From Paraspadella gotoi (lineage: Eukaryota > Animalia > Chaetognatha), in assembly GCA_051294375.1 (NCBI GenBank), contig CM119265.1, positions 7,450,629 through 7,514,628 on the forward strand: 64,000 bases of DNA. Direction: 5' to 3'. Shown here in pieces: positions 52,941 to 64,000 of this stretch. The translations under genes were made by a program, and so were the position numbers. A model generated the notes under the pieces. It did no database searches and had not been told where the DNA came from. It saw only the letters and a program-made list of their open reading frames with translations. Every line of letters begins with the position of its first letter. Within the stretch, counting starts at the first letter, position 1.

Positions 52941-53012
52941 GACCAATCAAAAGCCATCAATTTCCAAAGCCGACCAATCAGATTTCGATTATTTTCGACC
53001 TAAAAAATGGCG
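52941..53012 (+). promoter_or_regulatory. Paired CCAAT (NF-Y-type) boxes plus YY1-like motif
   Basis: CGACCAATCA occurs twice, 31 bp apart (GACCAATCA at 52941 and 52972), followed by AAAATGGCG at about 53003-53012. Motif-only evidence. Confidence 0.45.
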
Positions 53013-53159
53013 CGTGTACTTGACCGAAGTTTTAAATGTCAGAAGCGGTTGTAACTTTGGGTCTCGACGTCGTTCAAGGGAGGCAATGTAGTCCTAATCT
53101 TCGACCGTTTATCATTTTGGGTCTTGACTCTCCGATTTTGAGAGCGAGAAAGAGAGAGA

Positions 53160-53193
<34 letters not shown>

Positions 53194-53905
53194 TGTAGTG
53201 AGAAAAAGAAAGAGAGAGACGGAGAGAGAGAGATATTAATTTATTATGCGTAATAATATATATTCTTAAAAAAATAATTATTGTTTTTTTAATTTTTTTA
53301 TTAAAAAGCAAAATTGTACGTTATACATCTTATCAGAACTAATGAATTGTTCTTCTTTAAAAAACATGATATTTGTCAATTTCAAGAGCAAATAGAGAGT
53401 AGCAGAAATGTATTAAAAAAAAACTACAAAAATGAGAAAAGAGGAAAGACCCAAAAGGCTTTAACTCTTTTTCCAAACTCAAATAAAAATGCAAACAGAC
53501 AAAAAAAAGTTTTTCTTTTTAACTGTTTTTTGTTTCATTTTATTCAATTGGAACAGAACGTAGAAAAGAATATAAAGTCGAGATATAAAACAAAATAAAA
53601 ATAAAAAATAAAAAGAAAAGTAAAACTGCGCTCGGTTTTCCTTGGTTAAGAGCGTTTTACTCGGTTCGTTTCCTCTCTCTCGCGCTCGAAAGGGAAAAAC
53701 CCCTCTTTTCATTTTTATTCTCTTTTTTTATCATCGAGTTTTATTTGTTGCTATTTTGTCTTCTTACGGTTGTTTATCCGTTTTATTTCTTCAATTAGCT
53801 CCGCCTGTTGGCGAAACTTGATAATTTTCTTGAACCTCTTCCAAGCGATGGAGAGAACCGCTTTATCTCTTCCCGCCGGATTGATTTTTTTCCCCTTTTC
53901 AATGT

Positions 53906-53971
<66 letters not shown>

Positions 53972-55086
53972 TTTCAGATTTGTTGATAGGCTCATCCATC
54001 TCGTTTTGGCATTCCGAATTCTGATCTTAATTCAACGCCAATATTAAAAATTACTCTTAAAATCAACCAACTTTGTAAATTTATAACAATTTTATTTTCA
54101 TAACATTCATCTATTGTGATTTTTGTATTCATTTTTATCATGTGCCCACTTCTTCTAGTTCCGTGAACAATCGAATTTAACCATTTTAGCGCCAGTAAGG
54201 GGGATTTAAAATCCTTTGATAATAAATTCTTCGGAGATTCTATTGTTTAGTCGCTTTATCTTTTTTTTATCCTCTCTGTCTTTATTCGCGTGACCAGAGA
54301 TTCTCATCACTGAAGAGACAGACGATTCTGACGATAATATTAACGACTCTCTCTCTCTCTCTCTCTCTGTTCTCTCTCTCCTTCTCCTCCTCTCCTCTTC
54401 TCTTCTCTCTCTTCTTCTCTCCTCTCTATTCTCTCTCTGCTCTCTCTCTCTAACGGTCCAGTCGTTGAGCCATTGACGTGAAATTTGGGTCAAGTGACAT
54501 GCGATAGGAGAAGCTGAGACGGCCCGGCGACGCGTTCCATCCGCGCACGCTTTGGTCGCCGCAACCCGCCCGCTCTGATCGCATCCGCTGAGCGCATTCG
54601 ATGCGAACTCAACGAATTCCTTTTTGGTTCATCGCGTTTTTCATTCGACGGAGAAGGAACCTTCCCTTTTTCTTCGCCGGCCCTTTTTTCTTTTTTCTTG
54701 TATAAAAGAGTGAGACAGAGAGGGTGGGGGTTATTTTTGAGGAGAGAGAGAGAGTGACAAAGAGAGATAGATTTTTACTTTGAGATGAAACGTATTTCAC
54801 AGTTTTTCTTGCGATTGCCGGAAATTAGATTTCGCATGAAATATTTACACCCACAGTCACACGCGCAATCACGCAAGACACTAAAATCGCGTTCATAATC
54901 ACACCATTCCACATTAACACTCATTCGCCGCTCGAACGAAGACTCAGATCCTTACTTATTGCACGCGTCTCGGGCATTCAACGCGCCCCGTCTTTTTTTT
55001 TTTTTACGATTCATTCACATCAGAATCTCTCCCACGCGTTTCTCTTTTGATCGCGCGTGAATATCGGGCATAAATATCGCCAAGGA

Positions 55087-55353
55087 GTCACGTGAAGGGC
55101 GGGCCGCGTGATGGCCTTTCACGCCAACTGGGTCTCGCGAAAATATAACGTCACGTTGAATCGGTGAGCCTCTAAAAGAATAAGGTAATAAAACATAAAA
55201 CTAAAATATAGTACTCTAGTTCACTATAAGAAAAAAAAAAGATCTTCCCTGGCCCCTACAAAAACGGACGTGAATAAAACGCCAGACGATCGTGCCAGCC
55301 TCACGAGTCGTCACGTGATCAACGCCCCTTTGGTCACGTGAAAAGTCACGTGA
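55087..55353. promoter_or_regulatory. Cluster of four GTCACGTGA E-boxes (CLEAR/USF/MiT-type)
   Basis: Exact GTCACGTGA at 55087, 55310, 55333 and 55345, within a CpG-rich, repeat-poor stretch (about 54470-55450) with many CACG/CGTG variants. Confidence 0.6.
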
Positions 55354-56076
55354 TCGATTCGGTCGTCGGTCATCGTTGGGCGATTCGAAGCATCACAAAA
55401 GAATTTCGGGAGACGTCGAAGGCCCACGGGTCGAAAAGGGGGAGGCGGGCGTGGGGTGGAATTAATGGATGAGGGGGGGTGTTTCATATTTGGGCGAATT
55501 TGGCGATATGTTGGCTCAATGTAGATGGATGGAGAAAATTTGTTGGCGAATGGGGGATTATTGGTGGATTGCGCCGGTATTAAAAGTTATTTATTACCAT
55601 TTGGCGGGAATGAAGTAATCGGGACTATTTAATACATGTACATATTTTTTCTTTCGTTGTCACTGGAGGAAATGAAGGTGATTAAGTGAGCAAAAGTGTG
55701 AATTGGGGCGGTGACACGATCACAAAGAAGTGGTCATCGGAGTGGTAAGGAGGAAGGGGTTCAAAAACCACAGTGGAGTGAACAATGAACAGTGTTTTCA
55801 AAAGGGGGTTTAGCCGTGAGCAAAGAGCACCGAGCAGGTCGCCTAAAATATTGGCCGATGGAGATAGAGTTGGTTTGTAGAGACAAGAAAGAATCTGCGA
55901 TTAAAACGATGGACGAATTGGGATGAATTAGGGTCTAAGGGAAGACGAGAGGTTCGAGTTTTAGGTCAGGGGGTGTCACTGGTGCCACCCATCGTAGTCG
56001 TCGTCGTCGTCGTCGTCATGGTCGTCGTCGTCATCGCTGTCTACGTAGTCGACGTCCGAGAGGATTAGCCTTCATC

Positions 56077-56116
56077 ATGAGCGTCGGCTGCAGCGTCGGT
56101 GGCGGCAGCGGCGGCG
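56077..56116 (+). CDS. Candidate short first coding exon (MSVGCSVGGGSGG), unassigned
   Basis: ATC-ATG start, GC-rich codons and strong donor GCG|GTAAGC, about 0.7 kb downstream of the E-box cluster. No partner exon identified. Confidence 0.25.
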
Positions 56117-57363
56117 GTAAGCACCAGCGGTACAGAGGATAGGGTGAAAAGGAGAGGTCGAGGAATTCGGGTTGGGAATCAAGAACGAGTAATTCGGGGA
56201 TGGCCGGTCGGGGATTGAAGGAAGGAGTCTCAGATGGAGACCAATGCGAGCGATAGTCCGTTGCCTTGGAAACGATGGACTTTTATTGAGGGAGTTTAGG
56301 GAGATTGGGTGGTCTCGTCTTTTGGGTGGTCTAGCGATTTTGAGCCGATGCAGGGGTGGGAGGGAGATTTTGAGAGGTGGTCGACTACTTTCGAGATTAC
56401 GATTGGTTTGCACCGTTTTTCCTCGAAGTTGTAAGGAAACGAACAAAGAGTGATCGAACATTGCAATGACGATTTGACGAAGACTGGACGTCAATAAGAC
56501 GATGCTATAGCAAAGCGTTACTATTTTTTGTGATAGAGATTATTATATTATTATATCACGGTCCTGGCAACGAGTGGTGGGGAAATGAGAAAGATATTGA
56601 ATAATAGATAATATATTTGAACGCAACAGTCAGAGGGATTGACCAATTAAATGTACACGGATTATCGTTAAAGCACATTCATCAAATTTGATCCAAAGCC
56701 TACGACAACATTTTAAAAACAGCCCCCTCCCTCGATTCTCCGAGACGAAAGAGAATAAAAAAGAATAAAAGAACAAAAAAAAAGAACAAAAGAACAAAAT
56801 AAAAGAACAAAAGATGAACGCGAAAGGATTTCGGTCTCTCTTTTCATTTCTTCTCTCGAGAGACTCTGTTCGACTTTCATCGACGCTTGACCCCGGATGT
56901 AATAAAACGAGATCTTTGACCTCACCTCACCTTCTCGACCTTTTCTCGACCTCACCGTCGTTCCAGTGACCCTCGCCCATCGCTCACCCTCACCTCCTTC
57001 GACTCGTGCTCCAGAGCTACCGATCACTGACCAACTCATTTTATCGCTTTCTCTTTTTCACGCGTTCATCAAGTCTTGCATCCCAATCCGATCATTGCTA
57101 TGTACCGACTGCCGAGTTCTCCATTGGTGCTACTCGAGTCGTATTTTGTTTTCTTCGGTTAACGTTCTCACCATTTAACTCTTTTCTTTTTTCTTTCTAC
57201 GCTTAATTTTTTCATATTTTCCTATCACCGGCTCTAGGCCAAACACTCACTTCTCCCTCCTCATTCACAGTTTCTCCTCGACTCCTCTCCTTCCGTTGAG
57301 CCTCGAGCCTTGCGTGACGACTCACCTTCTGTCCTTACCTTTTTTATCGCCTCAGTATTTAAT

Positions 57364-57464
<101 letters not shown>

Positions 57465-58046
57465 TCCCTCTCCCTTCAATAAATCATTTTTAGTCGCGGC
57501 TCTGATTAAAGGCTGTTGTACCCAGTTTTAGAAATGAAAACAAAAATATAAAATAACAAGTATACGTACTTATATCCTTATATCCGTCAATCTTTTGATC
57601 TATAAAACTAATAATTAGAAAGTCTTCAATCTTAAAGAACATATTTTATTATTTTTCCTTTTAGTTTCATGGTTAAATTGTTGTCTTAAATTAAATAAAA
57701 CGTAAAAGAGAAGAAATTAAAGCAAAAGCCAAGTCAAGCCTCGACTTTGTGAAATGTGAAGCCTCAGCTTTGGCCTCCCCCCCTTATGCATAACGCATCA
57801 GTCAAAAGACTGAAAAAGAAATTGCGGAAACAATCAAATTCAATGTAATGAATTCAATGAGAATTATTATCGCTCTCGCATCGGATTTAATCTGAATGAA
57901 AATGCAAGTTTTACCTTTTTTTTTTTGCACCTTTCGATTTTTTTACATTATTTTTTTATTATATTTTACTTTCATTCACTTTCCCTTTCTTCCTTCCACC
58001 GCATTCATTTTCCACCACCACGCCCCCCTCCATCCTCGTCTTGCCA

Positions 58047-58130
<84 letters not shown>

Positions 58131-59225
58131 AAAGCAACGTCTGATGACGATAGTGATCGAAAAAAGAAAGCGGAAACAATAAAAGCGGGAAAAAAAAAGA
58201 AGCAAATACCGCAAGCAAACAAACCATGATTGCAAAGTCAAACGAGGCGAATTTAAAACCAAATAAAGAGGAAAAGAAGAAAGCAAATTAAAAAAATGGC
58301 CACTAAAATCGATTGGGAAGAGATTAAACGGTTGATGAGCGGAGAATTACTCAAAAGTTAAATAGTGTCTGTCATTTGTATTTACTATCGTATATTTATT
58401 AATGTTATTAACTTTCTGAAAGACTTTTTTTTTCCTGATAATGGAGGTAGAAAAAAAAATTGAGTGAGTTGAAATTGAAATAGAATTTTATGAGAAGGGG
58501 AAAAATGGTAATCTTATCCGAAGGGAAGGGAAAAAAAGAGCAATCATGGGAAAGTAGCAAACAAAGAAAGCGTTTGTAAACGGAGAAGAAAGGAAGACCG
58601 GAAGAAAGCAGGAGAGAAAAGAAAGAAAAAAGTAATGAAGAATACTAGAGAGAGAAAGAAAGAGAGAAAGGAAGATAGAAAGAAAGAGAGAAAAGAAAAT
58701 AGAAAAAAGAAAGAAAGAGAGAAAGAGTTACTCGTGGTGTGTTTTGACGGGTGAGATTTTCTCACGTGATGAAGAGAGATCGACATTCACGAGGAATATT
58801 TTTTGCTCTGGCGAATCACGATGTCGGCGGCGGAAGGAAATAGTTTTGTTTGTTTACGATATTCAAGGTTGAGCTGGCTGGACGAGGTAAGGTAGCCTCG
58901 TTGTTTTGGGGTGAGGGAAAACGGACGCTGGAAACGGGGTTGGAGGAAGAGGTAAGTCCTTGGACATGTTTAATAAAAAGGTCTGAGAAAGTTTCTTTTT
59001 TAAAGGTAGTTGTTTAAAACAAGAGATTCAATAATATTAAATATAAATCAAGTAATAAACGTAAAAAACTATTATCTAAGAAACATAACTTGGCTAATTG
59101 AACTTTTTACAGTATTATTTCCCTTCCTTTCAATCAAATGTGAAAAAAAATTCATTACACGGAAAAAAAACTTTCCTTTTCTCCATTTTTGTGTCTGGGA
59201 AAATGGAAAATTAATTGGAAAAGTC

Positions 59226-59290
<65 letters not shown>

Positions 59291-60910
59291 GATGTTAGGA
59301 GAGAGAGAGAGAGAGAGAGAAAGAAAGAGAGAGAAAGAGAGAGAGAGGGAGAGATCGGTAGACAGAGAGAAAGTAGAGAAAAGAAGGACACAATGAAGAG
59401 AAACGAGGAATGTGAATTCTGAAAATACAAAACGCCAGTGTATAAACGATTCTTCATGCATTGTAATAGAGGCCAACACAAGTTAATTATATTAATTTGA
59501 AACTTTTAAAATTTTTTAAGAGAAAGAAACTAAAATATGAAATGGAGCAATAAGCGGAAGAGATAAAAAATATTAGCCTCATTTACGTTACGGCCACTGG
59601 CGAATGTTAAGCGTCAATCAGAAAGGTTTGAGTGCCATCGAGAAAATGAGTTAAGTGTCAATCGCCGAGGGGCGAGGAGCCAAAGGCGCACTTAGAGAGT
59701 AACAGGAGAGGAGAGAGCAAAGATAGAAAAGAAGAAATAAGCGAAAATTATATGAAAAAAAGACAAAAAGATAAAAATGTATGTTTTAAATATCGTTATT
59801 TATTGTACAATCAGAGATAAGAATGACATTCAGCAGGGAAAGTGACGTAATAAGATCGACGGCGTTCGTGACTTAATAAAAACTTCAAAGAATTACGAAG
59901 TTTTTTTTTTTCTGGAAGAAAGTCAATGAATACAATCGACAACAATCAATGTAATAGATGAACCATACAGATGAGTTACATATATTCAGCGTTCACATCA
60001 ATAAGAAATCTATCTTCTGTCATCTGTTGAAAATTCAATATAAGAATATCAAGTCCGGTAAACTCTTTCTCGTACCAGGTTAATGATCATTTCTGTTAAA
60101 ATCCTCGTTCGATTTTGAGAATTCGATTTCTTAGATCGTTCTCTCATCTTTTTTCTCTTTCGTTTGAGTCACCGGACGCGCTTCTTGTGCCATTTAGCTC
60201 TCATGATTGCCTTTAGTTTGCTATTGACTATCAGTCAAAACTATTTTAAATAAATTGAATGTACTCAATAATTGCTTCAAGAATTACGAAAGAAACTGCA
60301 TTTTTTTTCTTTCCAACAATAAAGAAAATGGCATAAATAGAGATTATTTCCAAATCCACCCTCTAATAAATGATAGTCGTAGCCAAGACATCCACAACTA
60401 ATGTGCAAGAAATAAGGTTACTTTATTATAAAAGGACCTTACCCAACCAACTAAATTATTCCCAAAACCATATTTCTTGAAAATCATACAATTATTATTA
60501 TTATTTTTTGTTTTCAAAATTGTTCAAAGAATAAGGGATTTTGTGATAAGGGAAATATAAAATACATAAATAAAGTCAACTGCTCTTGAACCAGCGGACA
60601 ATAAAAATAATTTAACCGAACCTTCTTATTTTCATTTTCTTCCCTGAACGCAGACTAATTTAGAAAGCCACCAATTTCACTAATACCTTTTTTACATACA
60701 CCGTGGCCATGACGAAGATTTTCCAAAAATTCCGACGTTTGACTGTAATATAATCGGGATTCTCTTCGACTGCAATATGCAAATAAGATTAAGAGATCCA
60801 CATCGCCTAAAATGGAAGAGAGATCTTTCCCCTCGACTGAGACGTCTATTTTCGGGACAAGGGGAGGCGCGGAAGGCCGACGCCCGACCTTACTTCGGTC
60901 TCTGCCTCAC

Positions 60911-61262
60911 CTTTGATCAAAGAAGCGAATCGTAATTCGGAAATGGGGAGAGCGAGAAGGGGTGAATAAAAATGTTGAATGTCGTTCGAATCGAAAGTGA
61001 CCCGACGTAGACGAAGCTAAAAAGGGGCAGCTCAAAGTTGGACCGTCTCTCTCTCTCTTAATCTCTCTCGTTCTCTCTTCATCTCTTCTCTCTTCTCTCT
61101 CTCTCTCCTCTCTTCTCTCTCTCATACCTTCCACTGAACTTCCGTTCTATCCTCCTGTCCATGAACTATTCCTTGTCGAGGAGGCGAGGAATTCGTTTTG
61201 AATCGCTGGACGCACGCCCAGCTGCCCCCGCTGCCCGCCGCCGCTCCGCCGTCGCCGCACAT
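60911..61262 (-). CDS. Two candidate exons of an unassigned gene
   Basis: 61262-61128 (MCGDGGAAAGSGGSWACVQRFKTNSSPPRQGIVHGQEDRTEVQWK, donor AAG|GTATGA) joins in phase 0 across a (GA)-rich intron to 61016-60911 (LRLRRVTFDSNDIQHFYSPLLALPISELRFASLIK, TTTTAG acceptor, AAG|GTGAGG donor). No family recognised. Confidence 0.35.
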
Positions 61263-61897
61263 GCCGCTGCCGCCGCGCCGCCGCAGCCTTTGACCACGGC
61301 GAAAAGGCCGCTGTCGTCGCTTTGAAATCCCTCGTCGCGGCGAAACTGGGATCCCTGAATCCCCGAACAATTTTAGAGGCGAATCGTTGTGGTTTGCGTG
61401 GTCGAGCAGATGTCGTCGTTGTGGTTGTGACAGTTCTCTCGTTTCGTGAATTAAATGAAATCTTAGTTGTGGTCTTTTTTATATGTGAGGACGTCTGAGG
61501 CGACGATGACAGCCATGAGGACGACGACGACGACGTAGTGGTTTTTCGTGTGACGGTGACGCGGCGACGTTTTCGTCCTATCGATCAAATCAGTTAGAAT
61601 CGGATGGAATCGGACGAAATGAGATACAATCGGATAAAATAAAGCGAAGTTGGATTGAATCGGATCTGATCGGTAAGAATCAGATGGCGTATGAGCGAAA
61701 TCGCAAATCATAGATGCAATGACATGAGACCCAAAAGTCCAAGATAAAAAAAAAAAAAAAAATTGAATTCAACTAATTTGTTTATTCTTTTTTATAATGA
61801 AAAAAATTTTTCACGCAGGTTTTCTGAATTTGGCGACGAAACCAAAGAACCTTTGCTTTTTATTTTCCAGGTCTGCCTTTTGACGTCAAGCGAGAGA

Positions 61898-61962
<65 letters not shown>

Positions 61963-64000
61963 GCTCTTCCTCTCACTGTCATCCTATAAGGCACGTTACA
62001 TAACCTAGTGAGCCGAGTAAAAACTAAAAAAATGAATACAAAAAGAAAAAAAGGAGACAAGAAAATGAAAAAAAAATAGCAGACGGTCCGCTGGCTTGAT
62101 TCACTTCATTCGACTTAATCGCTTTTCTTTAACTCTCTCTGTCTCTGTCTCAATCTCTGTATTTGTCTCTGTCTCTCTCTTAACTCGTCCCACCCCTTTT
62201 CTCTCTATCGTCCCGTCTCCTTATCCAATACAAAAAAAAGAGCTTTTATTGTATCATTTCATTTTTCGTTTCATTTTATTCATTTCTTCATTTACTTTTC
62301 TTCATTTTCTTCCGCTTAGTGAACCAGATTAGACTTGACGCGCGACGATACCTCATATCTCACTCCTCCTTTCCTTTTCACCTTTTTTGTTGTTGTTGTT
62401 GTTCTTTTGTTCTCGATCTTGCTCCATATTTTTTTATTATCTTTTCCTCTCTCTCTGTCTCTCTGTCTCTCTGTCTCTGTCTCTGTCTCTGTCTCTGTCT
62501 CTGTTTCTCTCTCTCTCTCTCTCTCTCTGCCCGCGCGGTAGATATTTTTCTTCTTTTCACAAAAGACGCGGTTGTTTTTCATTCGTTTCTCTCGCCCGGG
62601 CATTCTCTGCCTTTACGCTTTGCTTTTTAGCTTTGCTTTTAATCGACCTCGCTTTTTTACCGCCTTTTGTCTCTCCTTATCCTCATTTTTGTATTTTCTT
62701 TTGATATTTCAATTTTTTCATGGATTTTTATTTTTATCAATATATTGATTTTTAATTACTTTTAATACTTATCAAATAGCGCGCTCTCTCACTTAATACC
62801 GACATCTTCCTTCTTCTCCCCCTTTTCACTTTCTTTCGTTCCCTTATTCGCCTCCTTTCTTTTCATTTCCGTCCTTTCCCACCTTTTTTTTTACCTTCCC
62901 TTTTTTTCCCTTTTCATTTTCCCGCGTCGTCGCTTTCCCGCCCCCCCCCCTTGTCCCCCCCTCTCTCACGATTCTCGTCCCAGCAGCAATTTGTTTATCT
63001 CAGTTCCCCACTTTTGCATTTGAGGGGCTTCGTCGTCGTCTCGTCGTCGTCGTCGTCGTCGTCGCTATCGTCCCGTCGTGCTGGCACTCTTTCAACCCTT
63101 TCCGAAGTCCTGCATTCACTTATTTTATCTCCTTTTCACTGAAATAAAAAATACAACGTCTCTCAGTTTTCTTTTCTCTTTTTTTTTCTTTCTGATTCTT
63201 TTTTCAGTTGGAACTCTTTTTCAGTTCTTTGTTACCTGTTCTTTTCTCCTTACTTTCTTACTCTCTTTCTTTCTTTCTTCTTCTTTCTTTCTTTTCTTTC
63301 TTTCTTTCTTTCTTTCTTTTTTTTCTTTCTTTCTTTCTTTCTTCTTTCTTTCTTTTCCTTCTCCTCTCTCCCTTCCTTTATACACTCAGTTCTTTGTTAA
63401 TTTTCTCTATTTTTGTCCTTATCCTTCCGCACTTTACAATGTTTTGAAGGAAGTATCTTCTCGTATGCAGGTCTAGAAGGTCGGTCTCTGAGCACCTCCC
63501 CACTATTTTTTATTATCTTTTCCATCTCTCTCTGTCTCTCTGTCTCTCTGGTCTCTGTCTCTGTCTCTGTCCTCTGGGTCTGCCTGTTTTCTCCCTCTTG
63601 CCCTCCGTCGTGGTAAGGACTACTCTCTCTATGCGTTCGGCGGCCAGAGGCCCCCAGGATCATTCTGGATGCGCTCCTTGGAAACTGTTGCCTGATTCTC
63701 TCTGGGCGGAAGAATGGCTCCAAATAAGCGTGAGGTCGGGTAGGGATATTTTCTTCTTTTGGGGTCTTCTCACAAAACGCAATAACATACCCGGCGGTTT
63801 GCTGTAGATCCCGATTAATTACTACACTCACTCACCTCTCAATTCGGGGTACTCCTCTCGCCCGGGCATTCTCTGCCTAAGTATTCTACGTGTATGCAAA
63901 TATATTATTCATGTTTTAGGCTCTCGCTTTAATAATTTTACTGAGAAAATAGATAAGCAAACTTCGCGACGCTGCACTCCCATTTTTCATCATTCTTGGA

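Overview
Gappy draft assembly of an AT-rich eukaryotic (probably animal) genome with GT-AG introns, more than 20 N-gaps and very dense (GA)n, (GAC/GTC)n and purine-rich repeats. Most ORFs in the track are repeat or gap artefacts. Two genes are recognisable. (1) On the minus strand, about 1.5-5.8 kb, is the 3' part of a CHD7/Kismet-type (CHD6-9) chromatin remodeller with a clear BRK domain; I found no chromodomain or ATPase exons in the window. (2) On the plus strand, 8.9-12.8 kb, is a spliced locus in which a novel-PKC-like pseudosubstrate/C1A-C1B tandem is followed not by a kinase domain but by a VPS9D1-like region. Its VPS9 (Rab5-family GEF) domain is split by a ~200-aa acidic/Thr-rich insert and has degenerate catalytic motifs. 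This C1-C1-VPS9 arrangement is the best candidate for something undescribed, but the link between the two halves is inferred. Both genes carry small indels that look like uncorrected consensus errors. The rest holds minisatellites, a tRNA-headed SINE-like element, strong hairpins, promoter-like motif clusters (E2F/GC box, paired CCAAT, 4x GTCACGTGA) and a few unassigned candidate exons. All family assignments come from motif recall, not database searches.
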